NCBI GenBank assembly: GCA_964016885.1
Contig: OZ024741.1
Location: 105,648,001-105,712,000, forward strand
Direction of reading: 5' to 3'
Length of the DNA stretch: 64,000 nucleotides
Origin: Eledone cirrhosa
Taxonomy: Eukaryota
Shown in pieces: positions 14,258-26,894 of the stretch (within the stretch, counting starts at the first letter, position 1; every line of letters starts with the position of its first letter). Both the position numbers and the translations under genes were made by a program. The notes beneath the pieces were generated by a model. That model made no database searches. It worked only from the letters and a program-made list of their open reading frames with translations, and was not told the origin of the DNA.

Positions 14258-14652
14258 GTCTATTAAACTGTAGTTGCATCTACATTTTACTTATAGCATC
14301 TAATGATTTAATAAAATATATCCAACAGCTTGTTTATTAATTCAAATGTATATAGTATCTTTACTAGTAGACAGATTGTTGTGAATATTTACAGTATTAG
14401 AGTAAAGATTTAATTTTTAATGTCATGAAGTCATAGTGCTGTTTTCTACTTTTCAAGAATGTCTTGCTAATGTGGTTTGTTAATTCAAATATTTATAATA
14501 TCTTTAGTAGTGGATAGATTATTGTGAAAATTTACAGTATTAGCTGTAATAATGTTTTATACTTTTCAATAATGACTTGTTAATGTGGTGTTATGTAGGA
14601 CAGGGCATTTAAATTTAGGACAGTTAAATTTACCTTTAGTTTTTATAATATA

Positions 14653-15398
14653 CTAGCAGAAAAACCACCGTTCGGGTGGTTTTCTGCTAGCATGTGTAGT
14701 GTGCATATTGATATTATACACAAGTATATATACATGTAGATATGATACATCAAATAAAATCATAATTGACAATATACACAGAAATTGAACGAAGACTGCA
14801 TTACACTGTCTTATGTAATCAGTAACGTAATCCATGATATATTTTAAAAAAAACCGATATTATATTTAAACTGCATTAGGAGAAAACTAGTGACGGAAAT
14901 ATATGAATGTTTATTTAAGCAATCGCTAACCGGAAGTGTCGATATTTGAAAATTTTAAAGAAGTGAATCTTAAAATAACCAACAAAATTATTTATATTTA
15001 ATCAAGAATAACGAAATTTAGTAGATAAATTATGTAATATTCATTCATTATTTATTCAAATCCCTTTACGATCTGAGTTCAAATCCTGCCGAGGTTGACT
15101 TTGCTTTCATCCTTACGGGGTCGATAAAATAAAGTACCAGTAATGCACTGGGTAATAGCTGGCCTTGTGCCTAAAGTAGAAACAATTATTTATTCAAATC
15201 CCGCCGAGGTTAACTTTGCCTTTCATCCTTACGGGATCGATAAAATAAAGTACCAGTAATACACTGGGATAATTGCTGGCCTTGTGCCAAAAGTAGAAAC
15301 AATTATTTATTCAAAGTAATCCAACTTATTTTACAAACGGGATAAAAAATATATATTCTGGACGCAGTCCCGCACTCCTTACTTTATTATAGTTTAGA
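14653..15398 (-). mobile_element. Non-autonomous Helitron (third family) carrying two SINE insertions
   Basis: Minus-strand 5' end A|TCTAAACTATAATAAAG; 3' end CTAGCAGAAAACCACCCGAACGGTGGTTTTTCTGCTAG|T (terminal hairpin + CTAG). Confidence 0.6.
15061..15315 (+). mobile_element. Two tandem 5'-truncated tRNA-derived SINEs (family B)
   Basis: Both contain GCC(T)TTTCATCCTTACGGG.TCGATAAAATAAAGTACCAG and the GCTGGCCTTGTGCC.AAAGTAGAAAC tail; ATTATTTATTCAAA occurs at 15047-60, 15185-98, 15302-15. Confidence 0.9.
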
Positions 15399-15429
15399 TA
15401 ATAAGTTGTACATAAATGTGTGTTTATTT

Positions 15430-15770
15430 CATCATCATCATTATCATCATCGTTTAACATCTATCTTCCATGCTAGCATGGATTAGACGGGAATTGTCTC
15501 ACTTGAAGCAAGATTGGTCGGGGTGACTGTGTCTCACTCGTATAGGACTATCTGGCAGGTTTTCTACAGCTGAATGTCCTTCCTAACACCAACCACATTT
15601 ACAGTGTGAACTGGGAGCTTTTTACTGTGTTACCTACACGACCACATTACATTGTGAACTGTGTGTTTTTTTGTCGTGACACCTACATGACCTCATTAGT
15701 TTGGACTGGATGTTGTGGTACCAACATAACTTTACAGAGAGAGGGTGGTGTTGGTGGGAGTGGGAGGATG
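15430..15770 (-). mobile_element. RTE 3' UTR / tail fragment
   Basis: Reverse complement matches the RTE 3' UTR at 45735-46075, including (GAT)n tail. Confidence 0.85.
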
Positions 15771-16237
15771 GAGTAGAGGTAGTGGGTTGGGGTGTATATT
15801 TGGTTAAGAAGTGCCTACTTTATTTATTTTATATATTTCTACTAGTTTCTCTGACTTCCACTCAAATTGATGTTGAAGCACCAGCCCCAAGGCCTCAGCT
15901 AGACTTTGCCATAATGATCACTGAAATATCTTTAGCTCAGCTGTGATCACAATGAAAATGCTGCTCAGATGATGATAACTTGGAACCCCTGGGAGACCCT
16001 GAGTAAAGTGCTGAGTCAGAGCTTTAGCCTTCTAATAGTAATATACCCTCTTTTTCTCACTGTTGTTTGTTGTGGTTACAGTTCAAACCTATGTGGGTTT
16101 AACTTTTTTGAATGTTTTAATGAGAATGGCTTCTTCTTTAAGAACAAAGCTACTATTTTGTGCTTGTGAGTGTGTTTGCTTGTGTGAGTTGTGTGTGTGT
16201 GTGTCAAATTCGATTTTATCAACCCTAGTATTTATTT

Positions 16238-16480
16238 AAAAGTTAAAGTCTGTCCTGAGCTCCAAGGCTCATCAGACCTGTGCTTATCCCAGTTTCATTG
16301 GTGTTAAGCAACTGAGAGGACAAGACTCTCCCTCCCTACACACAATGCCAGTCCATTGCAGGGTTAAACTGCAGCTGTGGTTAGTACTCATTTTCAGCTG
16401 AGTGTACTGGAGCAACCCGAAATAAAGTGTTTTGCTCAAGAACACAACACACAACCCAGTCCAGGAATTGAACCCAAAAC
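16238..16480 (-). mobile_element. CORE-type SINE with alternative tail
   Basis: Reverse strand: GGTTCAATTCCTGGACTGGG..TTCTTGAGCAAAACACTTTATTTC..TTGCTCCAGTACACTCAGCTGAAAATGAG (B-box + CORE-like) then GATAAGCAC..CTGATGAGCC..GACAGACTTT tail; homologous to 54740-54985. Confidence 0.75.
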
Positions 16481-16765
16481 CTTAACCACAGTTCATTTTG
16501 TAAAATGGTTGGTGATAGGAAGGGCATCCAGGTGTGGAAAACCTGCCAAATAAAAAGTCGAGAGGACTTTCCAGTTGTGTCAAAGATGTGACAACCTCCT
16601 TAGTGCTGGTGCCACAGCAAAATGCATCCAGTGTACCCTGCAGTGTGTGGGACTGTATGTAAGCAAGTTGCTTCTCCCAGCCCACCTGAGAAGACTGTAG
16701 CCTTGATTAAGTACTGACTTGGTCTGTGATGACCCCTACCCAACTCTTGCTAGCAGGGAAAATAG

Positions 16766-17050
<285 letters not shown>

Positions 17051-17294
17051 CGCTCTATACTATACTATATATATATAGGAGATCATATAGAAGTAGATGT
17101 AACACTTGTTTATTACCAAGTGAGTTAAAGCTCAATATGTTACTCACATTAGTCACATATAGAAAATCACAGAGCATAATTATTTAATTCAGGTGATGAA
17201 CAAAAGGCTTCATGGAGTTCAAATCATTTATTCATTTCATTTCTATATATGACTAATTATATTTATATTATATATATATGTAGGTGTATGTATA

Positions 17295-17580
17295 GGCAGA
17301 GTCGCTAGAACGTCAGATAGAATGCTTTATGATATTCGTTCCAGCTCTCTGCTCTCTGAGTTCAAATCCCACTGAGGTCAACTTTGCCTTTCATCCTTTC
17401 GAGGTCAATAAAAAAAGTAGCAGTCTAGTACTGAGGTCGATTCTTCTTCTCTCAGGAAGAAATCTGCTGCACTCAGGCCTGGAGAAGAAGGGGCTCTGCC
17501 AGGCTTAAAATGCCCAAGAAACACTGTATGTCAATACGGTGCCCTTATGACTCTATCAGGAGTTACAGGACCATATATGT
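17295..17580 (+). mobile_element. SINE family B with long alternative tail
   Basis: GAGTTCAAATCCC B-box, GCCTTTCATCCTTTCGAGGTC domain, then GGGCTCTGCCAGGCTTAAAATGCCCAAG...GGAGTTACAGGACC tail also seen (minus) at 56095-56440. Confidence 0.75.
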
Positions 17581-18390
17581 AGCAATTTCCATAGATGGAA
17601 AAAGGAAAACTGCTCAATCGGGAAGAGAGCAGAAATATTATATACAAAAATATATATTAAAGTATAATTCTTAGAAGTAATAAAACATTGTTTATCACTT
17701 GGTTAAAAACAATATAAATAAAATACTGTTAATAATTTGATTAAAGCACTTTCATCTTTCATGAAATTTATCAAGATAAAAACTTATTTATCATGGGTTC
17801 TTCCCTCTCCTCCCTCACTAAACAGTAAAACAAAAAACAAAAAGCAAAATAAAACCTCAGTTAAATGTGTGCTGCAGTATTATATAAAACCACTTCTAGC
17901 CTAGCAACTGCAGGACTGGGTGAACCAAACACAGTCACCATCCTTAATCTACAGTACTTGCAGTCCAGAGTTCTGATTCATATATATATATAGAGAGAGA
18001 AAAGGTGAAGTTGGAAATAGTACAGAAAATATATTTTAGGGTCAGTTTTTTTTTTTTCTTTCCCTTCTTTGATTTGTCAAAGTGACATTATTGAAAAGAT
18101 GACATTATTGAAAAAATGGGAGGGACAATTCTTTTAAAAAAGAGTTTTATAATTTATATAAAGTATATAAATTATTACCGGTTTCGATATATTATTAAAA
18201 TTCATCTTATTAAACGTTGAGTATTACAATTAAAAATAATTGATAGGAATTAAAAACTAAAAATTAAAGATTTAAAATTAAGTGTTGGAGTAAGTTTTTT
18301 TCCTATCTTCCTTGCTCAGAAGTGGACTGGAGAATGAGTTCTTGTGTATAGAGAGAGAGGTGTGTAGTCATGATAGTAGCAGCAGTATAT

Positions 18391-18433
<43 letters not shown>

Positions 18434-18442
18434 AGAGAGAGG

Positions 18443-18494
<52 letters not shown>

Positions 18495-18799
18495 CTGTGT
18501 GGAAAACAAACCTTTAGGAAATACTTCCACATTTCTTTTGCTGATCCCTTTTTCCTGTAAGATGGTGTTATGTAGACATAGCGTAAGTTGAGAATTGGTC
18601 CAGTCTCAGTGGAGAATGCATGAGAATAGAGGAGAAAACCAGTTATATGTAAGGGACCATCTGGAAATAGAATAAAGCAAGAATTTTAGAGAAATTAAGG
18701 TAGAAATAGAATTTATATAACTTACATTTAACAATTTTATTAACATTTTTTATATCTCCCCAAAAGCTCCCAAAAATACTGGTGGTATATATAATATAA

Positions 18800-18980
18800 T
18801 AATTGTTTCTACTTTTGGCACAAGGCCAGCAATTACCCAGTACATTACTGGTACTTTATTTTATCGACCCTGTAAGGATGAAAGGCAAAGTTAACCTCAG
18901 CGGGATTCAAACTCAGAATGGCAAGGGCCATAACTATGCGTCAAAGCATGGCGTCTGACCCTCTACCGATACTGCCAATA
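18800..18980 (-). mobile_element. SINE family B, near full length
   Basis: Reverse complement matches 54135-54346. Confidence 0.9.
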
Positions 18981-19319
18981 TAATAATGAACATTATTGTG
19001 TATAGTGCTCAGATGCACTAGAAGAAATAAAGCTTTGCCAAGTTCAAAAGACAATAAAAAAAGTACAGAAATAGTGTTTTTCTCTACATAATCAAAAAGG
19101 TCATCGCAGCAAAAGAGTCAAGTATTTTTTTTTTGTTGATATAAATCATCAGATGTTTTCTTTGATCAATGCAGGAATATCTTTAACGCTAGATGCCATT
19201 CCTATCATTAACCATTCAACCAAGAATGTAGTAAGAATGGAATCTGTTTTTGGTTTCTCAGGCAAAAATAGTTAAAACAGAGTTATGTACCTTGCTTCTC
19301 AGAGGAACAATATAATTGA

Positions 19320-20304
19320 CTAGCAGTAAAGCCCGGCGTTGCTCGGGGTCGCTCAGTAGCTGTGTTAAAGTTACAATGTTAAGTTTCTTTTTGGGCTTAA
19401 AAACTGTAGTGTCTACTGTGCAGACTTGCATGTGGTGTTTTTGATTAATATTCCCTCAACCAACAATATGCCTTATGAAGTTAAGAAAACATAACGATAA
19501 CCCGAATGTTATAACAAAAGAGGATGCTGGGGATAAAAACTGCACTGGTTATTTATTAACAAAGATCGAAAATGTAAACACTGCAACGCAGAGAAAAACA
19601 TTAGCGTAACCAAATTATCAGTTATGTCTGTCTGCACGCCTATATCACCTCTCTGCACGACTGTCTGTCTGCACGCCTATATCACCTCTCTGCACGACTG
19701 TCTGTCTGCACGCCTATATCACCTCTCTGCACGACTGTCTGTCTGCACGCCTATATCACCTCTCTGCACGACTGTCTGTCTGCACGCGTATATCACCTCT
19801 CTGCACGACTGTCTGTCTGCACGACTGTCTGTCTGCACGCCTAACGACGAAATATTTGCTTGTTTTACGTAGTCTTTAAATAGACTTGTTTTCAAGTAAA
19901 AATATTGTTTTAAAATGCTTTTAAATGGAAATGAAGCAAAACGGAAGCTTAGTGTTCGAACTGATGAATTTTGCAGGTCAATATTTTGCTGGCTCGACAA
20001 CTGTTCGTGTATTGTGTTAATGTCATTTTAAACGCTGAGAAAGCCAGCGTAATTTTTTACGTAAGACGCTCAATGTAAACAGAACAAAGGGAAATAACTG
20101 ATAACTTACGCTCAAAAATCGATACATTATATTCGATTTCGTCACATAGGGTGGGTCAATTTGAAATATTTTTTTTCCGATGTCTTCGCTAGGGCTCAAT
20201 GTACAAGTATAGCAATTTCGGTGCAATTCCGTCAGAGATTCTAAGAGGAGATGTGTGCCAAAAATCGATAGACAGACAGACAACCACAGTTTTATATATA
20301 TAGA
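19320..20304 (-). mobile_element. Non-autonomous Helitron (985 bp) with internal 37-bp tandem array
   Basis: Minus strand A|TCTATATATATAAAACTGTGGTTGTCTGTCTGTC ... CCCGAGCAACGCCGGGCTTTACTGCTAG|T: TC start, subterminal GC hairpin, CTAG end, A|T site, no TSD. 19625-19845: ~5.5 x TGTCTGTCTGCACGCCTATATCACCTCTCTGCACGAC. Confidence 0.88.
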
Positions 20305-20654
20305 TTATAATGGTTGTTCTAAGACATACATGCATACACACATACATACATACAAACATACATACATGCATACATACATACACACATGCATACATATATA
20401 TATATATACATGCATATATACATACACATACTTATATACATACATACATACATGATTTTGAGTAATGCCATCACTCGATACTTAAGCATGAGCATACATA
20501 CATGCATACATACATATATACATACATCAGTTTTGTGTGAGCGAAACACGCTCATTTGACCTAGATCTCTCACATCAGGACAGCCCATCCCACCCATGCT
20601 AGCATGGAAAATGGACGTTAAACGATGATGATGATGATACATACATACATATAT

Positions 20655-21112
20655 GATGGCTGCAACTCGATTTCGAGTAATGCCCTCACTTGATACTTAA
20701 GCATAAGCATCATGGATGTGACTTTTGCTTGAAGCTTTTTTTAAGTGAAGAAAGGCTTTGCACAGGGCCAATCCCACTCTCTGATCATCAAATGCATTTA
20801 CTCAAAAAGTAGAACTGGTTTACTTCATTGGATGCAAACGAAGTCGCAGGTTTGATATCAGAATAACCTTCTAGAGAAATGTCTTAATGAAGACTAGGAA
20901 TCTCTTGCTCCACATAGAAAAATAACTTTATTGGATGCCCGTTGACTCCCCTGAATTTCTTTGCCCTTTAATGGGTCTTATTTTTCATCCTGTAGGATGT
21001 CCAAAATCATCCTGGTGGGGTTGTCGCTTTAGTTGCTGATGACCCGACCATGCACAGGTTGTACTGGGTTACAGGTTCTACAATTACCACTAGCGTTGAA
21101 GAGTGACTTGAT
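20655..21112 (-). mobile_element. Diverged copy of the ~600-bp non-coding RTE-like family
   Basis: Reverse complement shares CCCAGTACAACCTGT..ATGGTCGGGTC, GGACATCCTACAGGA, GAGAGTGGGATTGGC and 3' ACTCG....CGAGTTGCAGCCATCATAT with 43488-44097. Confidence 0.75.
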
Positions 21113-21149
21113 ATACATACATACAGATGTATCTTATCAACATCTACCA

Positions 21150-22410
21150 ACAAGCCCTAAGGGAGATACTAATATATCAAGCTGGTTGACATTAGCAGAA
21201 ACAAGATTGGTCCCCTAAAACAAAGCAATCGACTTGGCAAAAAGCTACCAATTTATTGCATGCTAGAACCTAATGTATAAAATGTATACATTCTGAACAT
21301 ATACTTCCAGGATAAGAATATCATTACCAATGAGCAAGCAGCTAGGAAGAAAAGAGTCTGGGGATGTGCTGAACAACTCCTAATTAATAAAACTCTGATG
21401 TCAGAGGTGCAGTGTCATATGAGTAATTTGGTTACAATCTGGCTGGACAACAGGAAAGCATTTGATTCTGTTCTCCACTCTTTGATGCTTGAGGTCCTTT
21501 GACTTGCTAAATCCCAAATACCATAATCAGAGCCATAGAAAACCTATCTTCTTCCTGAAGTTAAATACTGAGAAGGACTATATTGTCACTGATAAAATAG
21601 AGTATTGCAGTGGTATATTTCAAGGAGACAGCCTCTCTGTGATACTATTTATACTGTAAGTAAATCCCTTGTTTTTTATGTTGGATATGTAATTAGTTCA
21701 CAGGAAGCCAGAAATACAAACTTAACACGTAGCATCTTTGTGGATGACTTGAAAGTTTGTGCTAAGAATATAAATGGTATGAAGAAAATCCTTCACCTTT
21801 TCAAGATGTACTTGAAAGATATAGGAATGCAGTTTGGCCAGAATAAATGTTCCTATATGATTGTAATGCAAGGAAAAACTACAAGTCAACAGCCTGACTG
21901 TTTCACTGGTATCTGACGAGAACTGCTACAAATACTTAGGGATAGATGAAAATATTTCACTATGATGGAATTTGTAACATGGGAAGAGTAACTAGTAAAT
22001 ATAACACCTGAATATGAAAGATATGATCTTCAGAACTCTCTGCATACAATAAATCAGTGGCCTACGATGTGTTTGTTGTGCCTGTGCTGACACCAACATT
22101 TGGACTACTTGACTGGATGCTAGATGAGATCTGAGCCATTGATTTAAACATCAAGTTCTAACTGGCACCAGAAATTTCCACATCACCAGTGCCATAGACT
22201 GCCTCAACCTAAAGTGTTTACAGGGAGGTAGAGGCTTAACATCAATCCAAACAGCATTTGAGTGTTGCATCTTATGCCTCTGACATCTACAAACCACCTA
22301 GCATAGAAGCCCATCAACAGAACAAGTCTGTCTACATGAGGCAGATAATATGAGAGTTAGGAAGCAGATCCTTAAGAAATACTCCCAGGAGAATTTCACA
22401 GCAATCCTGT
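21150..22410 (+). mobile_element. Decayed R4/Dong-like non-LTR retrotransposon RT region
   Basis: Across stops/frameshifts: EQ..G..GC.EQLLINK, WLD.RKAFDSV.H, GIFQGDSLS..LF, FVDDLKV, DIGMQFG.NKC, YKYLGI, GGRGL - motif set typical of R4-clade (RLE) elements. Confidence 0.75.
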
Positions 22411-22951
22411 AATGAATCTATGTGTAAAAATTAGCAAAATTGATGATTATGTTGGATGTAGGGGTGGGATTGTATGATGAGGGCAGGATATGACTGAATG
22501 GGTGAATATAGGAGCACTGAAAGAGAGAAAAGGTGATAGGAGAGGAGAGAGTAATGATAGTGAGAGAAAAATTGACAGTTACATGATGGTTGTTAGCAAG
22601 GAAGTTAAATTGAAAAACAGCATGAGTGGTATGATGGTAAAGGGAGTGGAGAAAGTGATGGGACTGAGATGAGATGATAGTGGAAGTGAGAGAGAAAGTG
22701 TGAGGAGGGAAGAGAGAATGATGTATGTCAATAATGAGGGAAAGGATAAGGAATAAGAGATTGAGAAAGGATGTTTATCTGATGAGGAGAATGATAGATG
22801 TCAATAGAGATTTATAAAAGAGAGAGTAATGGAAGAGTTACAAGGGAGAGAAGGAGAGAGAGACAAAGAGAGAGAAAAAGAAAAAAACTGCAGAACAATG
22901 TAGAAAAAGGTTTTAAAATATTAGAAAATGAAAAAAAATGTCTCAACAAAC

Positions 22952-23023
22952 CTTTATCAGATGTGTCTTCAACTACAATGAAATAAAAATATCGATGTTC
23001 ACCAAAACCATATTCCTTCAAAG
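22952..23023 (-). CDS. Candidate internal coding exon (72 nt, phase 1-1): (A)LKEYGFGEHRYFYFIVVEDTSDK
   Basis: Acceptor CATTCCTTTTATCTTTGCAG, donor AAG|GTTTGT, open frame, in a non-repetitive island. No homology verified. Confidence 0.45.
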
Positions 23024-23457
23024 CTGCAAAGATAAAAGGAATGAGTTGCAAACTTTGGATGAAATATATATATACACTAATATTCTATCTAATTAAGGTA
23101 GGACTTATAACTCAATTAGAACTCAATATAGTGTAGTTATGAATATCCCATTGAAGCAAAGTAGAATTTGTTTTTGTAGAAAAGTGGTATCATACTCCAT
23201 CTTGTTTTTTGTTTTGTGGTATCACATTTCATGCTATTAAATATTCAAAGAACTACAGAGTCAGGTATATAGACTGAACAATGAAAACAAAAAAGATGAA
23301 GTTTAGTGCTTAACTATGGATAAGGTATTTCATGTTTGTATGTGCAGCATCAGAAGTGGCAAGGGCAGCAGCAACAACAGCAAAATTCTTCCATAAATTG
23401 AAGTAGGATTCAATTGTGGGTCTTGCCTGAGCCTTGTAGAGGGTCAATAATTGTTGA

Positions 23458-23782
23458 TAAAAGAATTTGAAGTTTGAAAGTCACAACAATGTGGATTGGA
23501 TGGAAAATAATCAAGTTGTAAGAAACAAGGTATGTTTTTTTACTTTAATTTATTCATATGTCCTGATATTTCAAGATTAATATCTCTTCTTCTGAGGAAA
23601 ATAAAGGAACTATTCCTATGTCCAGTTTGGCTTGCCATTTTCCTCGGAAGAAGAGATATTAATCTCGAAATATCAGGACATATGAATAAATTACGGTAAA
23701 AAAAACATCCCTTGTTTCTTATGACTTGATTATTTTCTATCCAATCCGCATTGTCATGGTTTTCAAACTTTGAATTCTTTTA
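23458..23782. repeat. Long inverted repeat (~145-bp arms, ~34-nt spacer), probably inverted Penelope-like terminal repeats
   Basis: 23458-23602 is the reverse complement of 23637-23782 with mostly CpG-type transitions; each arm has a hammerhead-like CnGAAGA-AGAGAT/ATCTC-GAAATATC motif. Confidence 0.9.
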
Positions 23783-23817
23783 CTATATACAATGCTTCAA
23801 GTAAACTTCAAATTCTT

Positions 23818-24137
23818 ATCATTTTACGTTCACTTTTCCCTGCTTGCAAGGGTGGGACGGGAACTGATTCTGGCTTGATTTCTACAGCTGGATGCCCTTC
23901 CTAACGCCAACCTCATTTACAGTGAGTGGTGGGTGCTTTTTTGCCGTGGCACCTCTACTTTGCAGTGGAATGATAGGGACCCCAGTCCTACCATCTCATG
24001 TCTACAGCTGAGTAAACTGGAGCAATGGGAAATAAAGTGTCTTGCTCAAGGAAACAACACATCACCCGGTCTGAGAATTGAACTCACAACCTTTTGATTG
24101 CAAGGCCAATGCTCTAACCACTAAGCCATGTGCCTTC
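23818..24137 (-). mobile_element. CORE-SINE with RTE-derived tail (family A)
   Basis: Reverse complement: GGCACATGGCTTAGTGGTTAGAGC (A-box), GAGTTCAATTC (B-box), CCTTGAGCAAGACACTTTATTTC..CAGCTGTAGA (CORE-like), GGAAGGGCATCCAGCTGTAGAAATC tail. Confidence 0.9.
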
Positions 24138-24487
24138 TTTTTATATATATATATAGTAATCGCAAGAATAATAATACGCTCAAATTTTTATACCACATTG
24201 AGAATGTTTTCCGGTAACTTTGAATTTGCGGAGTGAATCAGTTGGATTCACATAGACATATGAATTTTTAAAAAACTAAACATAAGATAATGAATTTTCA
24301 CGCATTGTGAATACTTGTTTCATTCAGGAATACTGATATTTACAGTGTAGTGTAAGTTTTATAAATACTAATACATTAAAACATAGGGTTCTCTACGCCT
24401 CGAATATGTCTGGCTATTTTTAAATTTTTTCTCTCTCTATATCTCTCTATATCTCTCTATATATCTCCCTTACATTAATACTTGAGC

Positions 24488-24522
<35 letters not shown>

Positions 24523-24893
24523 ATGCATCATTGATACACTTACTCAAAATGACCTCCCACTACCTAATTTTTCTATATCTATATTTATATATGTATCTAT
24601 CTCTACTTCCTCTCTCTCTCTATATATATATATATCTCTTTCTGTCTCTTTACATGAAGCTCTTCGCTTTATCTATTTTTCCATCTCTCTATTTTGTCCC
24701 ATGCATTTCTTCTTTTTCTTTTTCTTCTTTTTCTTCCTTTTCTTCATTTTGTCTTTCTTTCTTTCCTATTTCCCTCTTTTCTCTCTCTCTTTCTTTCTCT
24801 CTGTATTTTCACTGCTAGAGTGAACCTCTTCAAATGAAGTTGATGTTTATTACGGTATGTCGAATATATTTATCTATAAAACTGTTTATATTG

Positions 24894-24959
24894 TATTTTG
24901 TCTGATGAAGGCATAGCATATTGTTAATATGATATCCCCGAAATATATATAATGAAATA
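24894..24959 (+). ncRNA. Minimal type I hammerhead ribozyme motif (Penelope-like element terminus)
   Basis: Stem I TATTTTGT/ATGAAATA, core CTGATGA (24902-08), stem II GG..ATA.CATATT-GTT-AATATG.TAT..CC, GAAA (24940-43), stem III T-ATAT-A, cleavage triplet ATA ending 24951. Confidence 0.7.
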
Positions 24960-24997
24960 AATATGGTTTTATAAATATAGTTTTCCATTTATTTAAT

Positions 24998-25075
<78 letters not shown>

Positions 25076-25679
25076 TAGAACCAACTTCCCATGGGTACAA
25101 GTCGAAGCTCAAGTATATAGACAGTATACCCCCAGCCTCACCCACTGTAAAGTGGTTGTGTCAGTGTCACGATAAAAAAGCATCCAGTCCACACTGTAAA
25201 TTGGTTGTGTAAGATAAAAAGCACTGTAAATAAAGTTGGTGTTAGGAAGGATATCCAGCTGTAGAAATCAAGCCAGAATCAGTTCCCGTATGAGCAAGAC
25301 ATGGTCACCTGAACTGGCATTGCCCACAACAGGAGAATTCGTCTAACCCATGCTAGCGTGGAAGAATGGATGTAAAATGGTGATAATGATGTATATTAAG
25401 AAAAACAATGAAGTTATGTTTACATATATTTAGTTTTTTTTTTATTGTGTATTGACTGGTAATTCACTGAATCACATACACTATATATATATACAGAGAG
25501 AGAGATGTAAAATCCTGACCATAGTGCCAAGTGATTTTGGTTTGTGTGTTCAGTAAGCCTTTTCAATAGTGTATTAGTATGTAACATTTAGTTACTGATG
25601 GTTCACTCAATGCTAATATTTGGGTCTGGCTGCCAACATGGAATACTATGTTTGATTTTTCTAAACTCACTTTCTACTC

Positions 25680-26280
25680 TCACTTTATTGAAATCTCCTC
25701 TGTACATTGCTTGCACTGCTCTCACAAGCCATTCTTCTATTCCTAATTTCCTTAAAGACCACCGGATAATGGATTGAGGTACTCTGTCAAAGGCCTTTTC
25801 TACATCAACAAAAGATAAATAGTTTGACTTATTCTTGGTTAGGAACTTCTATTGTAGGTGCCTCACTAAGAAGAGGGCATCTGTAATACTTTTCTCAGGC
25901 ATGAAACCAAATTGCATCTCATATAATTTGACTCTTTCACGAATTAGCTGTCACTTTTATAACTTGATTCATTAGTTTTATTCCTCTATAGTTGCTCCTT
26001 TCTAGAGAATCACCTTTGCCCTTGTAGCAATTTACAATTATACTGCTGCACCAGTCTTTGGGTATGACTCTGTCCTGTATTACCTGATTGACTATGTGGG
26101 TTACTAGTTTGACTCCTACCTCTCATGATGCCTTTAACATCTCAGCAAACTATCTCTGATGGTCCCACAGCTTTACCATCTTCATCTCTTTGATTGATTC
26201 TTTGACCCTATAACTGTCAACTTCAATAGCTGATCCTTCTGTTGGGGTAGTTTCTCTTCCTCTTATTCATTCTCTACATT
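25680..26280 (-). mobile_element. Decayed RTE RT fragment
   Basis: Reverse complement resembles 47000-47650 (CYKGKGD.LER.NYRGIK, MQFGFMP, FVD.EKAFDRVP). Confidence 0.8.
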
Positions 26281-26328
26281 CAATACACACACACATACAA
26301 ACACACACATGCACGCACACACACACAA

Positions 26329-26388
<60 letters not shown>

Positions 26389-26795
26389 GAAAGTATAGAA
26401 ATTATTGTGAGCATGAAGCCAACAGTATTTCATAATATATAAGTGACTATAACGTCAAACTAGAAAAATAGTTAACGTAAGATGTGGGAAAATAATTCAA
26501 ACTCAATTAAAAAAAAAATCAAGACATAGATTTATCCACAGAATTTTGTGAAATCCAGGGAAAAATCAATAGAGCATTAACTCAGAATAAAATAAAGTTT
26601 AAATACTCATCCTTCAATTTGGAAAAACTACAAATGCTCTGTATAGTCTTAAAAAGACTATTTCACAAAACTTTCAGTGGGGATGGTCACGGTTGGAGTC
26701 GATCGTCAGCAGAGCTCAAAATACGATAACCCTAGTCCCACTGTTTAGAATATGCCAAAAAGGGAATTTAAAAGCTGGCTAGTTCACATCATGCG

Positions 26796-26894
<99 letters not shown>

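Noticed and set aside
18170-18225. Further hammerhead remnants (also ~33935-33980 minus, ~56490-56560 plus, ~59553-59585 plus)
   Set aside because: GAAA plus palindromic loop present but the CTGANGA core or stem I is broken; too degenerate to call.
18512-18554. Next downstream exon of the minus-strand gene (also candidates at ~9490-9560, ~5150, ~1272-1377)
   Set aside because: Weak splice sites, phase incompatibility or in-frame stops; could not be chained confidently.
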